Origin: Pecten maximus
Taxonomy: Eukaryota
NCBI RefSeq assembly: GCF_902652985.1
Contig: NC_047015.1
Coordinates: 40,672,001-40,736,000, forward strand
Reading direction: 5' to 3'
Length of the DNA stretch: 64,000 nt
A model generated the notes under the pieces. It worked only from the letters and a program-made list of their open reading frames with translations. It made no database searches and was not told where the DNA came from. Made by a program: the position numbers and the translations under genes. This document shows, one piece after another, positions 26,783 to 39,430 of this stretch. Position 1 is the stretch's first letter; the number at the start of each line of letters is the position of its first letter.

Positions 26783-27001
26783 GGGGCCGCGGCGGCCAAG
26801 TGGTTAAGGTGTACCGACACTTTATCACTAGCCCTCCACCACTGGGTTGCGAGTTCGAAACCTACGTGGGGTAGTTGCCAGGTACTGACCGTAGGCCGGT
26901 GTTTTTTTCTCCGGGTACTCCGGCTTTCCTCCACCTCCAAAACCTGGCACGGCCTTAAATGACCCTGGCTATTAATAGGACGTTAAACAAAAACAAACCA
27001 A
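26783..27001 (+). mobile_element. Full-length tRNA-derived SINE with V-domain-like core and 14-bp TSD
   Basis: A box GGCCAAGTGG, B box GAGTTCGAAAC, core TTTCTCCGGGTACTCCGGCTTTCCTCCAC and an A/C-rich tail. Identical ATATAACAAGAAAT lies at 26769-26782 and 27002-27015. Confidence 0.92.
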
Positions 27002-28595
27002 ATATAACAAGAAATATCTTTAAAAAAAGATAAACGGCATAGTTTTAATGCTGGTGGTTATAATGTAAAACTGTTGGTGAAATAGATTAACGAAATGATG
27101 TGTTTCAGCGCAGATAAAATCATATCAGTTTGAATCATTTTTGGTGATAATAAGACTGCATTTAAATCAGGAATACAATTTGATTAATGCGTCATTTGAA
27201 AAGATGCATCCACTTATTCAGCTTGCATTCAATCTTAACGTTGTTTCCTTTTTAATTGCATATCTGCATTTTACATTTACCGCTACATTGACCAATCACT
27301 TTCTTCATCTTGACCAGTAACGCCACCTGTCGCGTCATATCCGGGGCCAAAAGAATATTATACAGCTATGCCGAAAAATCTACAATAATCGCAATAATTT
27401 TAGCGCAATGCTTTCATTTCGACCACCGTTAAATTATTGTTACGGCTAAAATTTGTACGACTACAGCACTCGCATGCAGTGTAATGATCGTATTTTATCT
27501 TATAGAACGTATTAGTGAATATATATATCTGTGCTAGACATCTCTACGATCAGGTGATTTATCAGTTACAGACATAAGGCTATTTATGGCGATGCACGAT
27601 CTATTCACGTAGGATGATAAAATGTCAGAGGTTTCCTGAAATATTTTTACCTGAGATAGGACACCTTGTTTCGTTGTGTAACGATCGCCTTGACTAAACA
27701 AGCTCTCTTCTTAAAGTGCCTATATCGTGTGTTTCTTTTGTACAATCCTTTGTAATCCGCCATGCTAGGAGCACATGTGCATTGTTAGTTTCTGAAAACC
27801 AGGCATTGTTTTTTGTCCGTTTGAAGGAATTCATTTGATAATATGTCTTACCGACACTTTTTAGATTCGGGTTGGTATCTTTTCGAACATACATGAAATT
27901 GATTCTTGTTCAGATTCTATTTTTTTCTGACAATACGATTTGTAAAAAGATTTGAAAGTACACCATGCAGTACGTAAAAGTGGATGTCGACCTCAAGCAT
28001 TAATCTACGTTAGCACTCAAGCAGTCCCAACATTTAATGAATTCTGAAAAAACCCAAACGCCTCAAAATTTCTTTCCAACACAAGCAAATCTTCTCAATT
28101 GATATAAATGGTAGCGGTGTAATAGAATGAAAGCCTTATGCGTGCCTAAATGTATTTTGGGGTTCATTTGCAAAACAAGTTGAAGGGAATTTTATTTTGT
28201 ATTGGCTCAAACTTCTGTTATATTGGTTTCCAAAGATGGTTTTCTGTCAACACTTTAAAACCTGAAACTCAATAACATTGCTAGATGCCACAAAGAAACA
28301 ACTGCCTCAGGCCTCGAGTTAGGCACGTAATTCAGTTATAGTTAAGGATCTCATTTTCGTTATAGGTCAATAAAGTTGAGAAACATTTGTATACCAATAG
28401 TTGAAGATCAACAAGATATTTTTTAAACCGGCCATTGGTGCAAAGCAAATTGCAAATAACAACAATTTTATTGTTGTAGGCTGTTAATCTTGAATTTCTT
28501 TTTTGCGCAAATGATATTTTATCAAAATCAGTATAGAAGAAAAAAAAAAGATATATATTCTGACAGTTGACACATATTTTACCATTTTAATCACG

Positions 28596-29354
28596 TCACA
28601 CACCTATGTGGTACACATGAAGTGTGAACGTTACACGCAAGAAATGCACCAAGTGTGAACCTTCCTGGCAGTGTCCAGCTCCGCTGTCGCCATTACAAGT
28701 TCATAATGCTATAATTTGATTAATGCTCTTTAATGAAAATGACAACAATAGCGTTGTTTCAAGATATAGATATGTACTTTTTGGAATTTTCATCTGATAT
28801 GCATTCTTAGCCCTACAGCAATTGGTTTGCTGATCAGTCAAGTAAGAGTTTGAAAACGATACTCAAAATTATCCTGAATTAACTAAGAATATTGATTTTA
28901 AAATCGAGTTTTTTTTTTGTCGCCTCCTTTAGACCCTGTATATCACTGATGAGTCCTTGGAAGGACGGAACAGCAACATTATATGTGTATGCTATAGTTT
29001 AATTCATTTTGTCTCTACAGTATCTTAACTATCAATTTGCATTGAAATCTATTAATATTAGTCACGTTTCCAATTATTCGAATTAAGTGCTGTAAACTTC
29101 TTTAAGGTTTGATTGACTACGTTACTTTTAAGACAGTATTTTACTGTTTATAGATTAACCCTTGTGAGCAGTCTAACACAAATTACTGTACATTTCACTT
29201 TAATTTACAGTTTTATTTGGGCGGACCCTATGTTGCTGTCTGTTTTATATCACATACAAAATGTATACAAATTCCCTATATATACTTTAGGTAGAAAGCT
29301 ACAATGTACGTTATTTATCGATAATTCAAAACGGAAGTAGTACATTTTATCATA
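28596..29354 (+). repeat. Local segmental duplication, copy A (flanked by 46-bp direct repeat)
   Basis: Highly similar to 32149-32895 along its length. Flanks 28550-28595 and 29355-29400 are the same 46-mer with 2 mismatches. Confidence 0.9.
28941..28993 (+). ncRNA. Degenerate solo hammerhead motif inside the duplicated segment
   Basis: TATCA CTGATGA GTCC TTGGAA GGAC GGAAC AGCA. GAAA has mutated to GGAA. Paralog of the 32491 copy. Confidence 0.65.
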
Positions 29355-29821
29355 GATATATATTCTGACAGTTAACACATATTTTATCATTTTAATCACG
29401 GAACGTCCTCGGATGATAATATATATCGTGGAGAACAGGAGCCCTATTATGACGTAACATATTATTTATTAGCAAGGGTACTAATGAAGAAAATAAATTT
29501 GGTCATATTGGTTGACAACACCAGCTACATAATCTTAATCTGGGTCAAATCAACAAAATACCACGTTCTCAAAATTAAAACTGGGGTAGCAACACAACTC
29601 TAGATATATTAAGGAGAACCGCGTCAAAGTTCTTAAAATATATTATTTTCTAATGAGGCCTGATGGTGATGATAATTAGTTCTCACTTTCTTTCATCAAC
29701 TGTTATCTCAAGAATTCTAAACTGCCTAGTTCGTTTTATCTCTGCTGCCGACGTCTTTCATGGAAACCGTGATATCGTGATAACAAACTGTTACATAAAT
29801 TGCGACATGTAAACCCGATAA

Positions 29822-29855
29822 GGGGTGGGGTGGGGGGGGGGGGGGGGGGGGGGGG
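29822..29855. repeat. G-rich/poly(G) tract bracketed by a direct repeat
   Basis: ATGTAAACCCGATA occurs immediately before and after the G tract. Confidence 0.85.
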
Positions 29856-30510
29856 ATGTAAACCCGATAGGGGAAGCAGAGATTTACTAAAACAGATAAC
29901 GGAGTTATAAATTATTATCTATTTATTTATTTATTTATTTATTTTGGTAAAATGAGACCATGATGCAATATATAAGTAATAAGATAACGTGAATGGTTGG
30001 AGTCATAATCACTAAGTTGTTGGCAAGCTTTTCACACAGAATGGTGAAATTGAGGAACAAATTACGCACTTCTGTTAGCCGAGTAGATAAGATTATATAC
30101 CAGGTTTAACGGAAAGTTTTTAACGGTTGTCATGTATTTAGCCTCGTTCTTTTAATTCTTGATATATTGAGAATGTGTTGTATTTACATGTAATAATATA
30201 GAAATTTGTTGACCATATTGATAGTGCATACCATTCAGGAACACATACTCTTCTACACTTACAACACGACCAATACGATAACCCGCTCTCCTCTTTATGG
30301 CTTTTAGATAACGATATACGCGATATACTATGATTCTCATGACAGATAATGACTGCTGACGAACAAACTTACACATACATGTGTACAGCAGCTGGTTCGA
30401 GAACTATAAGTGGATGTATAGTATGGGAAGTTTTTTATTATAGCACTAATGGTTTCGCCCGAAAACAATGCTTTTTTTGGATAGTGACATCCTAAATTTG
30501 ACCTAGAATT

Positions 30511-30570
30511 ACATGACGGGTGTCGTTGATTAAGCAGACGTTTTTTTCATCCATTCCGGAACAACTGTTC
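30511..30570 (+). repeat. Dispersed repeat family fragment (related copies at ~13655 +, ~52252-52300 -, ~63305-63345 -, and in the 6250-6690 array -)
   Basis: Shared motif CATGACGGGTGTCGT.GAT.AAGCA...GCTTA...TTCCGGAACA.CTG, seen in both orientations. Confidence 0.55.
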
Positions 30571-30852
30571 TTTTCCAGCTCCCACTTGTCTCGGTGTTTA
30601 CCTGTTTTGTTCATATTTTATGATATTTATTGATTTTCATTTAGAATTATGATTTCGTTTGGATGTATAAAGGTCGTCTTAGCTTGTCGCCATGCCTATT
30701 CCTGCTTCACGTAATTTAGTTTTCATTATCTTAGTTCTTACTTTGAGCAACGTGTAATGACATGTGTGTCTATTCAGTATCAATTACCATTACAGAAGAC
30801 TGGGTCTTTTCTGTTTGTAGTTTCAGATGGGTCCATGTGAAACTTTTGACTT

Positions 30853-31040
30853 TATTTATTTTACAATAATTGCGAAGCAAGTGATATCAACTTGTATCTA
30901 AGCACTATTGTTGGCCCGGATGGAAGTGCGCGAGGGGTCTTACTGTGGATGGAAACCGGATTACCCGGGGAAAACCCACATGGTCTGGGAGGTGACCCAT
31001 ACATTTTCACGTCCGATCGAGGTGTCGGACCCCGGCCGAC
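30853..31040 (-). mobile_element. 5'-truncated V-domain SINE (second family)
   Basis: The minus strand reads GTGGGTTTTCCCCGGGTAATCCGGTTTCCATCCACAGTAAGACCCC...TTGTAAAATAAATAAA: V-type core plus an (AAAT)n tail. Confidence 0.7.
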
Positions 31041-31043
31041 TAC

Positions 31044-31651
31044 ACGTCTGTCTGTCTGTAGACGCATTTTGTCCGGAAAACTCCTCCTAAACCGATGGGC
31101 CAATTCCGATGAAACTTCACACAAATATTAATGATCATGTGTAGATGTGCATGCCACTTTATTTTTCTCAAAATTATGGTTGCTATGGTTGCTATGGCAA
31201 CTGGTCACTATAAACAGGTTTTCCGATAAGAACCATAACTTTAAGTTTGTCCGGACAACTCCTCCTAAACTAAATGGCCAATTTCAATGAAACTTCACAC
31301 AAATATAGAGGACCATGTGTAGATGTGCATGCCACTTTCTTTTTTTCCAAAATTATGGTTGCTATGGCAACTGGTCACTATAAACAGGTTTTCTGATAAG
31401 AATCATAACTTTAAGTTGTCCGGACAACTCCTCCTAAACCGAAGGGCCGATTTCAATGAAACTTCACACAAATATAGAGGACCATGTGTAGATGTGCATG
31501 CCACTTTTTTTTCAAAATCATGGTTGCTATGGCAACTGGTCACTATTTTACTGGGTTATCTTAGTTAGCCTCTAATTAACAGTTCCAATTCACCATTGAC
31601 TCGTGCAGATTGCGGGGGTATTAGTCAGCCATCCTGGCGACAGTTCTAGTT
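31044..31651 (+). mobile_element. HINE/pearl-like element with ~170-180 bp internal tandem repeats (5' end missing)
   Basis: A (GTCT)n microsatellite is followed by about 2.7 repeats (GTCCGGA.AACTCCTCCTAAAC...GAAACTTCACACAAATAT...GGTTGCTATGGCAAC). The 3' end reads GCGGGGGTATTAGTCAGCC...GACAGTTCTAGTT. Confidence 0.7.
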
Positions 31652-32148
31652 ATATATTGAAGAGGTAACACAGATTCCATATATCCAGGAAAAAGCAGTA
31701 ACATTTCAATGACTTTGAAAATCGAGAATATCAAGGAGGTATGAACATGTTTATATTCAGTTATATGATGATGCACTAGATGGTCAATATACCGCCCGGT
31801 TGGATTTGTCTGGTAATTGTACAAAACTATACAGTGTCTTGTATTGGACAGACTGATTATATTATAAAATTATGCACCCACTAACGATATGCTCGGTACC
31901 ACCTAAATTAAGTCCGATCGACTGATCAAAAAGTAAATGTTATTGTCGGAAGATACATCGAAAGGTAATCGGATTTTTGTGTTGCAAAGATTCAATAAGA
32001 GAGAATTGCTCTGACATGATGGATTCCTAGCCGTACCCTCATGAGATAGTGTTCACTGCTACTGATAGACCGACAGTCGGAACGCATTAGACAACGTTCA
32101 CAGTAAATGATAGACTGACAGTCTCATGGTACACACGAAGTGCGAACG

Positions 32149-32895
32149 TCACACACATATGTGGTACACACGAAGTGTGAACGTTACACGCAAGAAATGC
32201 ACCAGGTGTGAACCTTCCTGGCAGTGTCCAGCTCCGCCGTCGCCATTACAAGTTCATAATGCTGTAATTTGATAAATGCTCTTTAATGAAATTGACAACA
32301 ATAGCGTTGTTTCAAGATATAGAATGGACTTTTTGGAATTTTCATCTGATATGTATTCTTAGCTCGACAGCAATTGGTTTGCTGATCAGTCAAGTAAGAG
32401 TTTGAAAAGGATACTCAAAGTTATCATGAATAAACTAAGAATATTGATTTTAAAATCGAGTTTTTTTTGTCGTCTCCTTTAGACCCTTTACATCACTGAT
32501 GAGTCCTGGAAGGACGAAACAGCTACATTATATGTGTATGCTACAGTTTAATTCATTTTGTCTCTACAGTATCTAACTATCAATTTGCATTGCAATCTAT
32601 TAATATTAGTCACGTTTCCAATTATTCAAATTAAGTGCTGTAAACTTCTTTAAGGTTTGGTGGACTACGTTACTTTTAAGACAGTATTTTACTGTCTATA
32701 GATTAACCCTTGTGAGCAGTCTAACACAAATTACTGTACATTTCACTTTAATTTGCAGTTTTATTTGGGCGGAGCCCTATGTTGCTGTCTGGTTTTATAT
32801 CACATATACAAATTCCCTATATATACTTTAGGTAACCAGATACAATGTACGTTATTTATCGATAATTTAAAACGGAAGTAGTAAATTTTAGCATA
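32149..32895 (+). repeat. Local segmental duplication, copy B (probable donor)
   Basis: Colinear match to 28596-29354. It lacks the 46-bp flanking repeat. Confidence 0.9.
32491..32542 (+). ncRNA. Solo hammerhead ribozyme motif (same family as the array); intact core and stem II, altered stem III and stem I'
   Basis: CATCA CTGATGA GTCC TGGAA GGAC GAAAC AGCT [ACATTATATGT] GTA TGCT. The CUGAUGA, stem II and GAAAC elements are perfect, with 11 extra nt before GUA. Confidence 0.75.
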
Positions 32896-34354
32896 GACAT
32901 ACATAAGTTCATATGTATTTAATAACTATGTGATAAAATTGAAACATCCGTCGGTAAAAATAGACTTAATTCTGAGCCATTGGAAATAATAACACTCAGT
33001 CATCCTACTTGTGTTTCTTCAATGAACTGTCTAATTATAAAATGATGTCTCCTTCGACATAGCCTCTGTTGTGTCTTCCCTTGGGTCGATCGACATTTTA
33101 TTGATTTTAAGACGAATTGAATAGAAGTGGTTGCAGTGCAGGGCAGAATGATTATACGGCATCTAATCACTACCAGCTAGGTCAAACCGACAGAGGAGAA
33201 AGGCAAGGATGGAAAGAAAATGTCAAATAGTGCATTTAAAATTCGGCTCATTAGTTTTCCAAGAGAAAAAAAAAAGACGGAGAGAATTTGATCTTGTGAA
33301 TTTTTGGCAAGGCAACTTGAGTAGTGAGAAACTTAAACCACTGCAGTGAGAATGGATATCGCTCTTTAACAGCTTTTGACAGTCGGTGGTTTCCTGGTTC
33401 ACCGCACCTGTACATCTGGGGATCAGGAATTTCTGAACAGAAAAAATATATCAATCAATCACTTCAGTTCTCGAGTTCTGATTTGGATTTATTCTATCCG
33501 ATCTTGAGTTCTGCTATGGGCAATATGGAAAACAAATCGATGAGGATATGGAATAAGAATGTTATATACAGGAACATAAATAAATGGTTGAACCCAAAAT
33601 ACCTTACATGATCAGACTGTTATCGGCATTTGTGAGCTGAATGTAATCATTTGTAGTTGCTATTTCGAGAAGATATGGAATTGTATCTCGCGATCTGTAA
33701 TTCAGTATGACTGAAGATCAGAGAAAACGTCTGAAGTATTAATGTTCTCATCGTTCTTTTAAAGCTAAATACTGACGACTTAAGCCTCAACCTGAGTCAC
33801 TGTTTCACAAAGTTAATTGAAAACATTTGAACCAATTCGTAAGCGACATAAAAACAAAAATAATCAAATCGTGATCTACGACAAAGCAGGCTCTGTGTCA
33901 GTTGTACTGATGTACGGAAGCTTTAAGGAAGTATTTTTACTTGATGGGTGACGTATTACTTCCCCCACCCCCTCCCCCCACTACATACATCCCACATCCT
34001 GCTCACTACACATCCCCCGATGATGAGCAGATGCCGTAGAATGTTGGGCGTAGTTCTGAATTATTATCGAATTAATCTCGATTTCACTTTTATAGAAAAC
34101 ACCTGCTTTAGATTTTAGCCTCTGTAAGGGAGATAAAGAGACACTGGACATTAAAATGTCTGTATAAACACATCCATCGCGTGTAACAATTGTTTCGATC
34201 ATACCTAACATCATATTTCTTGTTTTCCTTTACTGTTAGAGAACACGTGTCTCAACCATCTACCTTATACCACAAGTGTCTGAGGTAGTGGGTAAGATTC
34301 CAAAACTGACCAGGTATGTATACTATGTAATTTTAAGTTTTATTTATTTAAAGT

Positions 34355-34913
34355 GTTTCCTGGACGAAATTCCATTCAGGCGTTTCCCGAACGAAATTAT
34401 ATTCCACCATTTCCCTGACGATATTGTATTCCAGCGTTTCCAGGGCGATGTCCTAGTTCAGAGTTTCCCGTATGAAATATCATACCAGAGTTTCCCGGCC
34501 AATATTCCACTCAAGAGTTTCCCGGACAATATTCCACTCCAGAGTTTCCCGGACAATATTCCACTCCAGCGTTTCCCGAACAATGTTCCACTCCAGCCTT
34601 TCCCGGACAATATTCCACTCCAGCGTTTCCCGGACAATATTTCACTCCAGAGTTTCCCGGACAATATTCCACTCCAGCGTTTCCCGGACAATATTCCACT
34701 CCAGCGTTTCCCGGACAATATTTCACTCTAGAGTTTCCCGGACAATATTTCACTCTAGAGTTTCCCGGACAATATTTCACTCTAGAGTTTCCCGGACAAT
34801 ATTCCACTCCAGCGTTTCCCGGACAATATTTCACTCTAGAGTTTCCCGGACAATATTCCACTCCAGCGTTTCCCGGACAATATTTCACTCCAGAGTTTCC
34901 AGGACGATATTCC
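34355..34913. repeat. 27-bp minisatellite
   Basis: Unit TTCCCGGACAATATTCCACTCCAGCGT; explains the 9-aa-periodic ORFs in the track. Confidence 0.95.
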
Positions 34914-36139
34914 TTGGCAGATCGTGTTTGTGTATAAAACCCTATTGGACATAGATCAGATTAGATATCAACCCATGCCTCATCTATCTGAAGATTTAAA
35001 TGTACATTTGTGATGCCAAAAATACAATCAGACACGCTTTGAATTACTCACTCCCAGAACTTTCAATGAAAATGAACCAGATCCAAATGTTTTCATATGG
35101 ATGTCATGTGATACGCGGCTAGGAAAGCGCTTGGCATCTGTCAGAAATTCAATGAGGATTTTGTTGGTGTATTGATTAATTTGAATACGCACCGGATTTT
35201 TTTTTAAAACCGTTTTGATATGCACATTTTCAAACCCAACCTTTAGAAATCTGCAAATAATAATCTCTACAGGAAGAAATAAACTGGGTTGTTGGCAAGA
35301 AGCTGTAGTGTTTATCTTATTTTATAAAGAAATATTTTACATAAAAACCCATACATCGTGGCGAAAGTGCCACTTGGCATGTTTTGAGTGATAAGCCGAA
35401 GTTTTACGACATTTTAACGTAACTGATAGTAGTAGGCTATCAGAGATTTATCACTTAGACATACTAGGATATGTTTTCACATAATTGATTCGGAAAATAT
35501 TGGACAAATAGAAAAGACAGAAGTGTTTCCTGTAACTACACCTAACGGCAGACTGGTTTAACTGTGAGCTGTATTTTATCGAACCAATCACTTTGAAATC
35601 AGGGATACCGAAACTTGATATTTCCTGGTATTTCTGAATGTGCGTCGCAAACTATTGTTTATTCATAACTTTCCCTTGGTTTATCACACTACCTATTCCC
35701 AGCATCATCGAAGTGGCAACAATTGTATGATAAAGGTTTTATAGTTTAGTCGATGTTTTATATGACCAGGTTAAGAGCGTTCGGAGCTATTTACATGTGT
35801 TTATTATATACAACTTTTTATAATTGCCGAGGGGTAAGCTAAATATTGTTTTTGGTTCGGAGGTCTGTTCTCCATGCCACTTCTCAATTCAAATGACAAC
35901 CCGCCACCAATTCCAAAAGGCACACGTATCCAATGTTCTTTTATGCTCATAGGACTTACGATATTCATGATAAGGTATGTCTAGTTTTGAAGGAAACGTA
36001 AAAATGAACTTACGTTGTTTTGTTTCCACTGTCATAATCCCAATTAAGGCGATAGTGAGATACTGCTTTAAGCCAACTCATTATCCCGATAATAATGACA
36101 TACTGATATAACACACAAACATGTATTTAATCTAATAAT

Positions 36140-36395
36140 CATAATTTTGAGTTTACATACCGCAATATCACTTAAAAGTTGCCGTCTCAAAGAAGTACAC
36201 GAAATAGTATCCGTGGTTATTGGCCCTTAGCAACCAGCCATTGTTTTTCTCAACACCCTGGGGAGCATACATATATATGTAAATATGTGTAAAATATCTT
36301 GTTCATGGATACAAAACAGCGGCCGTGCAGAGACTCGAACTAGCGATCCTTCGGTGACGTAGCCCTGCGTCCTACCACTAGACCACGGTGTCTCC
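36140..36395 (-). mobile_element. tRNA-derived SINE with CORE-like remnant
   Basis: The minus strand starts GGAGACACCGTGGTCTAGTGG (A box), then TAGTTCGAGTC (B box), then TGTATCCATGAACAAGATATTTTAC, which resembles the CORE domain. The 3' end is approximate. Confidence 0.7.
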
Positions 36396-37742
36396 GTAAA
36401 AGTATTTCTCACGTTATATTCAACGTAATGAGAATGATAGAAAGATATTTCTCAAACTTCACATGTAGGTTCCCTTGGTCCCTAGTTGTGCCTATTCAGT
36501 TTTGAGTCTTATCGTGAAAACACAATGGCTGACAGTTGGTCATTGTTGTTTTTGTGAGTTGATTTTTTTATCACATTTCTCAGAAAGTTATTCTTACATC
36601 TTTCTTAGAGTTCATATGACGATTTTTCCTTGTTATCAAACCTTTAAGATAAAATAAGTGAAAAGTAGAGAAAAGGTCAGTCTTACATGGAGAAGTAGAA
36701 AGCATATTTTGAATATTTATTAACATAATCTAAATCCCACGTTATTTTCTATTCGTCTGTGTGCGATTCATTTTACTCCATATGTTTTCTGCTGCAGTAG
36801 GCAGTGGCTGTAGTATAATAAAGATCATGAAAATGCTAGCTAACTTTTTTTTTTTTATTAGGATAACTATGAATCACATTACCCTATGGGCTTCCACAGT
36901 TTATTCTTTGAAACTCCGGCAGTACCAGGCATGATGTAATTCCCATAACCACAAATAGGCATGTTAGTTCTAATTGGTGTTATTGAATTGTAATACGGTT
37001 ACAACCAATGTCCTGGTGTAAACGTTCAGTAAGCGGTCCATATATAACCATTTCCTTTTAATGACTCAATTTATCTTACAGAGGAATTATATCAATGTCA
37101 CCACACTGATATGAATCTATCGGGTATATCAATCTTCATTTGTAACAGAAACCGTTTACAGATACATATGAACGAAGGCATTACATAACGAGAAAAAAAA
37201 TCTACAAAAAATTCCTAGGGACGTCTGTTTCCGGATCTTTGCATGCTAAAGTTCAATTTTAGTCTCGCCGAGAGTAGGTAAACGGAAGCAGACAGGAGAG
37301 TGACAGACTAATTGCTTGTCAGATACCGACTGAGGAGTTCCGGACAATTACTTGAGATATAATTCATGTGTATGGCGTTTATCAAATCAACAGATATGAA
37401 GCACATGTTTCTTGAAGGAAAAATCAATTTTATCGCTACATTTTATAGGCTTTTAAGTGCGAACTCAGTACACTGTTGACAGTAAGTAATGCTTCCGTAT
37501 GCGTGATGTCCAAGTCGAGGCTTACGTTTAACTGTGTGATGCGTTTGTGATTGTCTGAAGAGCAACAATGTCGGACAAAATATGTTTTTTATCTGAAGAG
37601 TCAAATTGCTAAAAGGAAAAACGGTCGAAGGCGTTATCTTAAACCTTTCCTATGCGAGGAAATGTTATATTTGTTTGATCACGTGATTTGTGGTAAATGT
37701 TTGTTCAGGTCCATGTTTTCCCTTCTTGATCTACACACTCGT

Positions 37743-37890
37743 GGTCCATAACATCACGTTGGCGCACTCGCCGCTTACCTAGGCGACCACTTGCCCAACC
37801 ACGTGCATTTCTGTAGATATTCCGTTTTCCTTCCACAGTAAGACTCAGGGTTTATAAGTAAGTATAACTCGAGAATTTTGTCAAATAAAT
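37743..37890 (+). mobile_element. Degenerate copy of the SINE family at 30853-31040
   Basis: Shares CCACGTG...TTCCGTTTTCCTTCCACAGTAAGAC and a TTGTCAAATAAAT tail. Confidence 0.45.
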
Positions 37891-39430
37891 TCCACCGTTT
37901 TCATGGCATCAATGAGGAGTCCGAAAAGGACGTAACTACTACAAACACCAGTTTTGGAGTCAATAGTTGATATAGGTTTAAAGGTAGTATTCTCTGGTGT
38001 GTCTTTTGTAAAAGGATTTTCAAGGTATTAACATTGATGTTATCTTATTTGTAATTCAAACGGTTTGGCAAGGCAGACTGTAATTTTCGGTATTGTTGGA
38101 ATTTCCTTCAGAAAGTTTACGCAATAAATATCGAATGTAGGAGAAACATCACATTAACACGAGCCTGTAAATGTGTGAAGTATCTTCCCTGATAACCAAT
38201 ACAGACGACTCAGTGCGGCCGTTAATAAAGCTTTAGCTTTACCTTATAATTCAAGCGAGTACAACCTTGAAATTGACGTGACTGTTTGAACAAACAACAC
38301 GGAAATTACATACAAATACCGTAATCCAATTAAAAGATAGAAATAACGCGAAAATCCTATATAATAGACAGAGGTCGAGCATTCATCTTAAATATTTAAA
38401 GGAGCACAGCCATTTCTAATTGACTTTTTATCCAAGGTTAAATAGAATTGAGAAATGACGCTTGGATTTCATCGACATAATGGCCGTAAATGGAGTACAG
38501 AAATCTCACATAAGTCTGAATAGTTGAGATGTCGGATACATAAGTTAATTAGTTTTCAACATGTCGCTGACACAATGCGTGAATGGTCTAAACACCATCA
38601 TTAAAAGAGTTGTGTCCCCTTGGGACGACCGAGACCGGATGTGCTGAGGATGTGGTGTCGATTTCATGTTCCTTAACGAGGTAGGCCATTCTTCATACAA
38701 CCGACCATTGACGTATTTCATTGGATTTTTTTGCTATAATATCCCGTGAAAAGTGATATTTTGAATTATCGTTTTTAGAGGAAGGCTGACTGAGTAATAG
38801 GAATGGTATAGTATGTGACGGCACACAAATGGTTATTAATCGCGAGTACGAGGTATAACTAAGTGGCACAGAAAAGGACATTCAAATTAAAATTTGTCAT
38901 TAAAATATTTTACTTCAACAAAAAAATTGTTTAACATGGGAAATGATCAACGTACACAAACACAAAATTATTTCCTTAAATATAATATGATCTGATGAAA
39001 TATAATACCACATCGACACCTCAGCGTTATAGCATATTAGTATGCTCTCGCTTCTCCCAACGAATAAAAAACTAGATTATGTAATCTTAAATAAGAATTT
39101 AAATCTTCATTAATATTCATTCGTCAAACTTCACACTGGATTTAATCTCGTGTACCCCGAAAGTATGGACAAGCGTAATTTTTTTTTCTACACACCATAT
39201 ACAATTCTGTACTGTTCGAATCTTACCACATTTCGTTCTCGACCTTTACCCCATGCCAAAAGCTAATTATCTGCTTTCGGTGGAATACACTTGGAATCGG
39301 GGGTAATTTCGGCCATGATTGATATAAAAGGACAAAGCACGTGCCACTTTTCATCCGTAATTACCAAATCTATCAAAACGTTTATGAATATTTTATGAAA
39401 GCAATTATGATGTTCCTTATAATTGACCAT

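Noticed and set aside
26783-26870. tRNA gene
   Set aside because: The A/B boxes belong to a SINE head followed by core, tail and TSD; there is no clean cloverleaf.
34276-34954. Repetitive ORFs (FPDNIPLQS / SRTIFHS / YCPGN)
   Set aside because: Products of a 27-bp minisatellite that is open in several frames on both strands.
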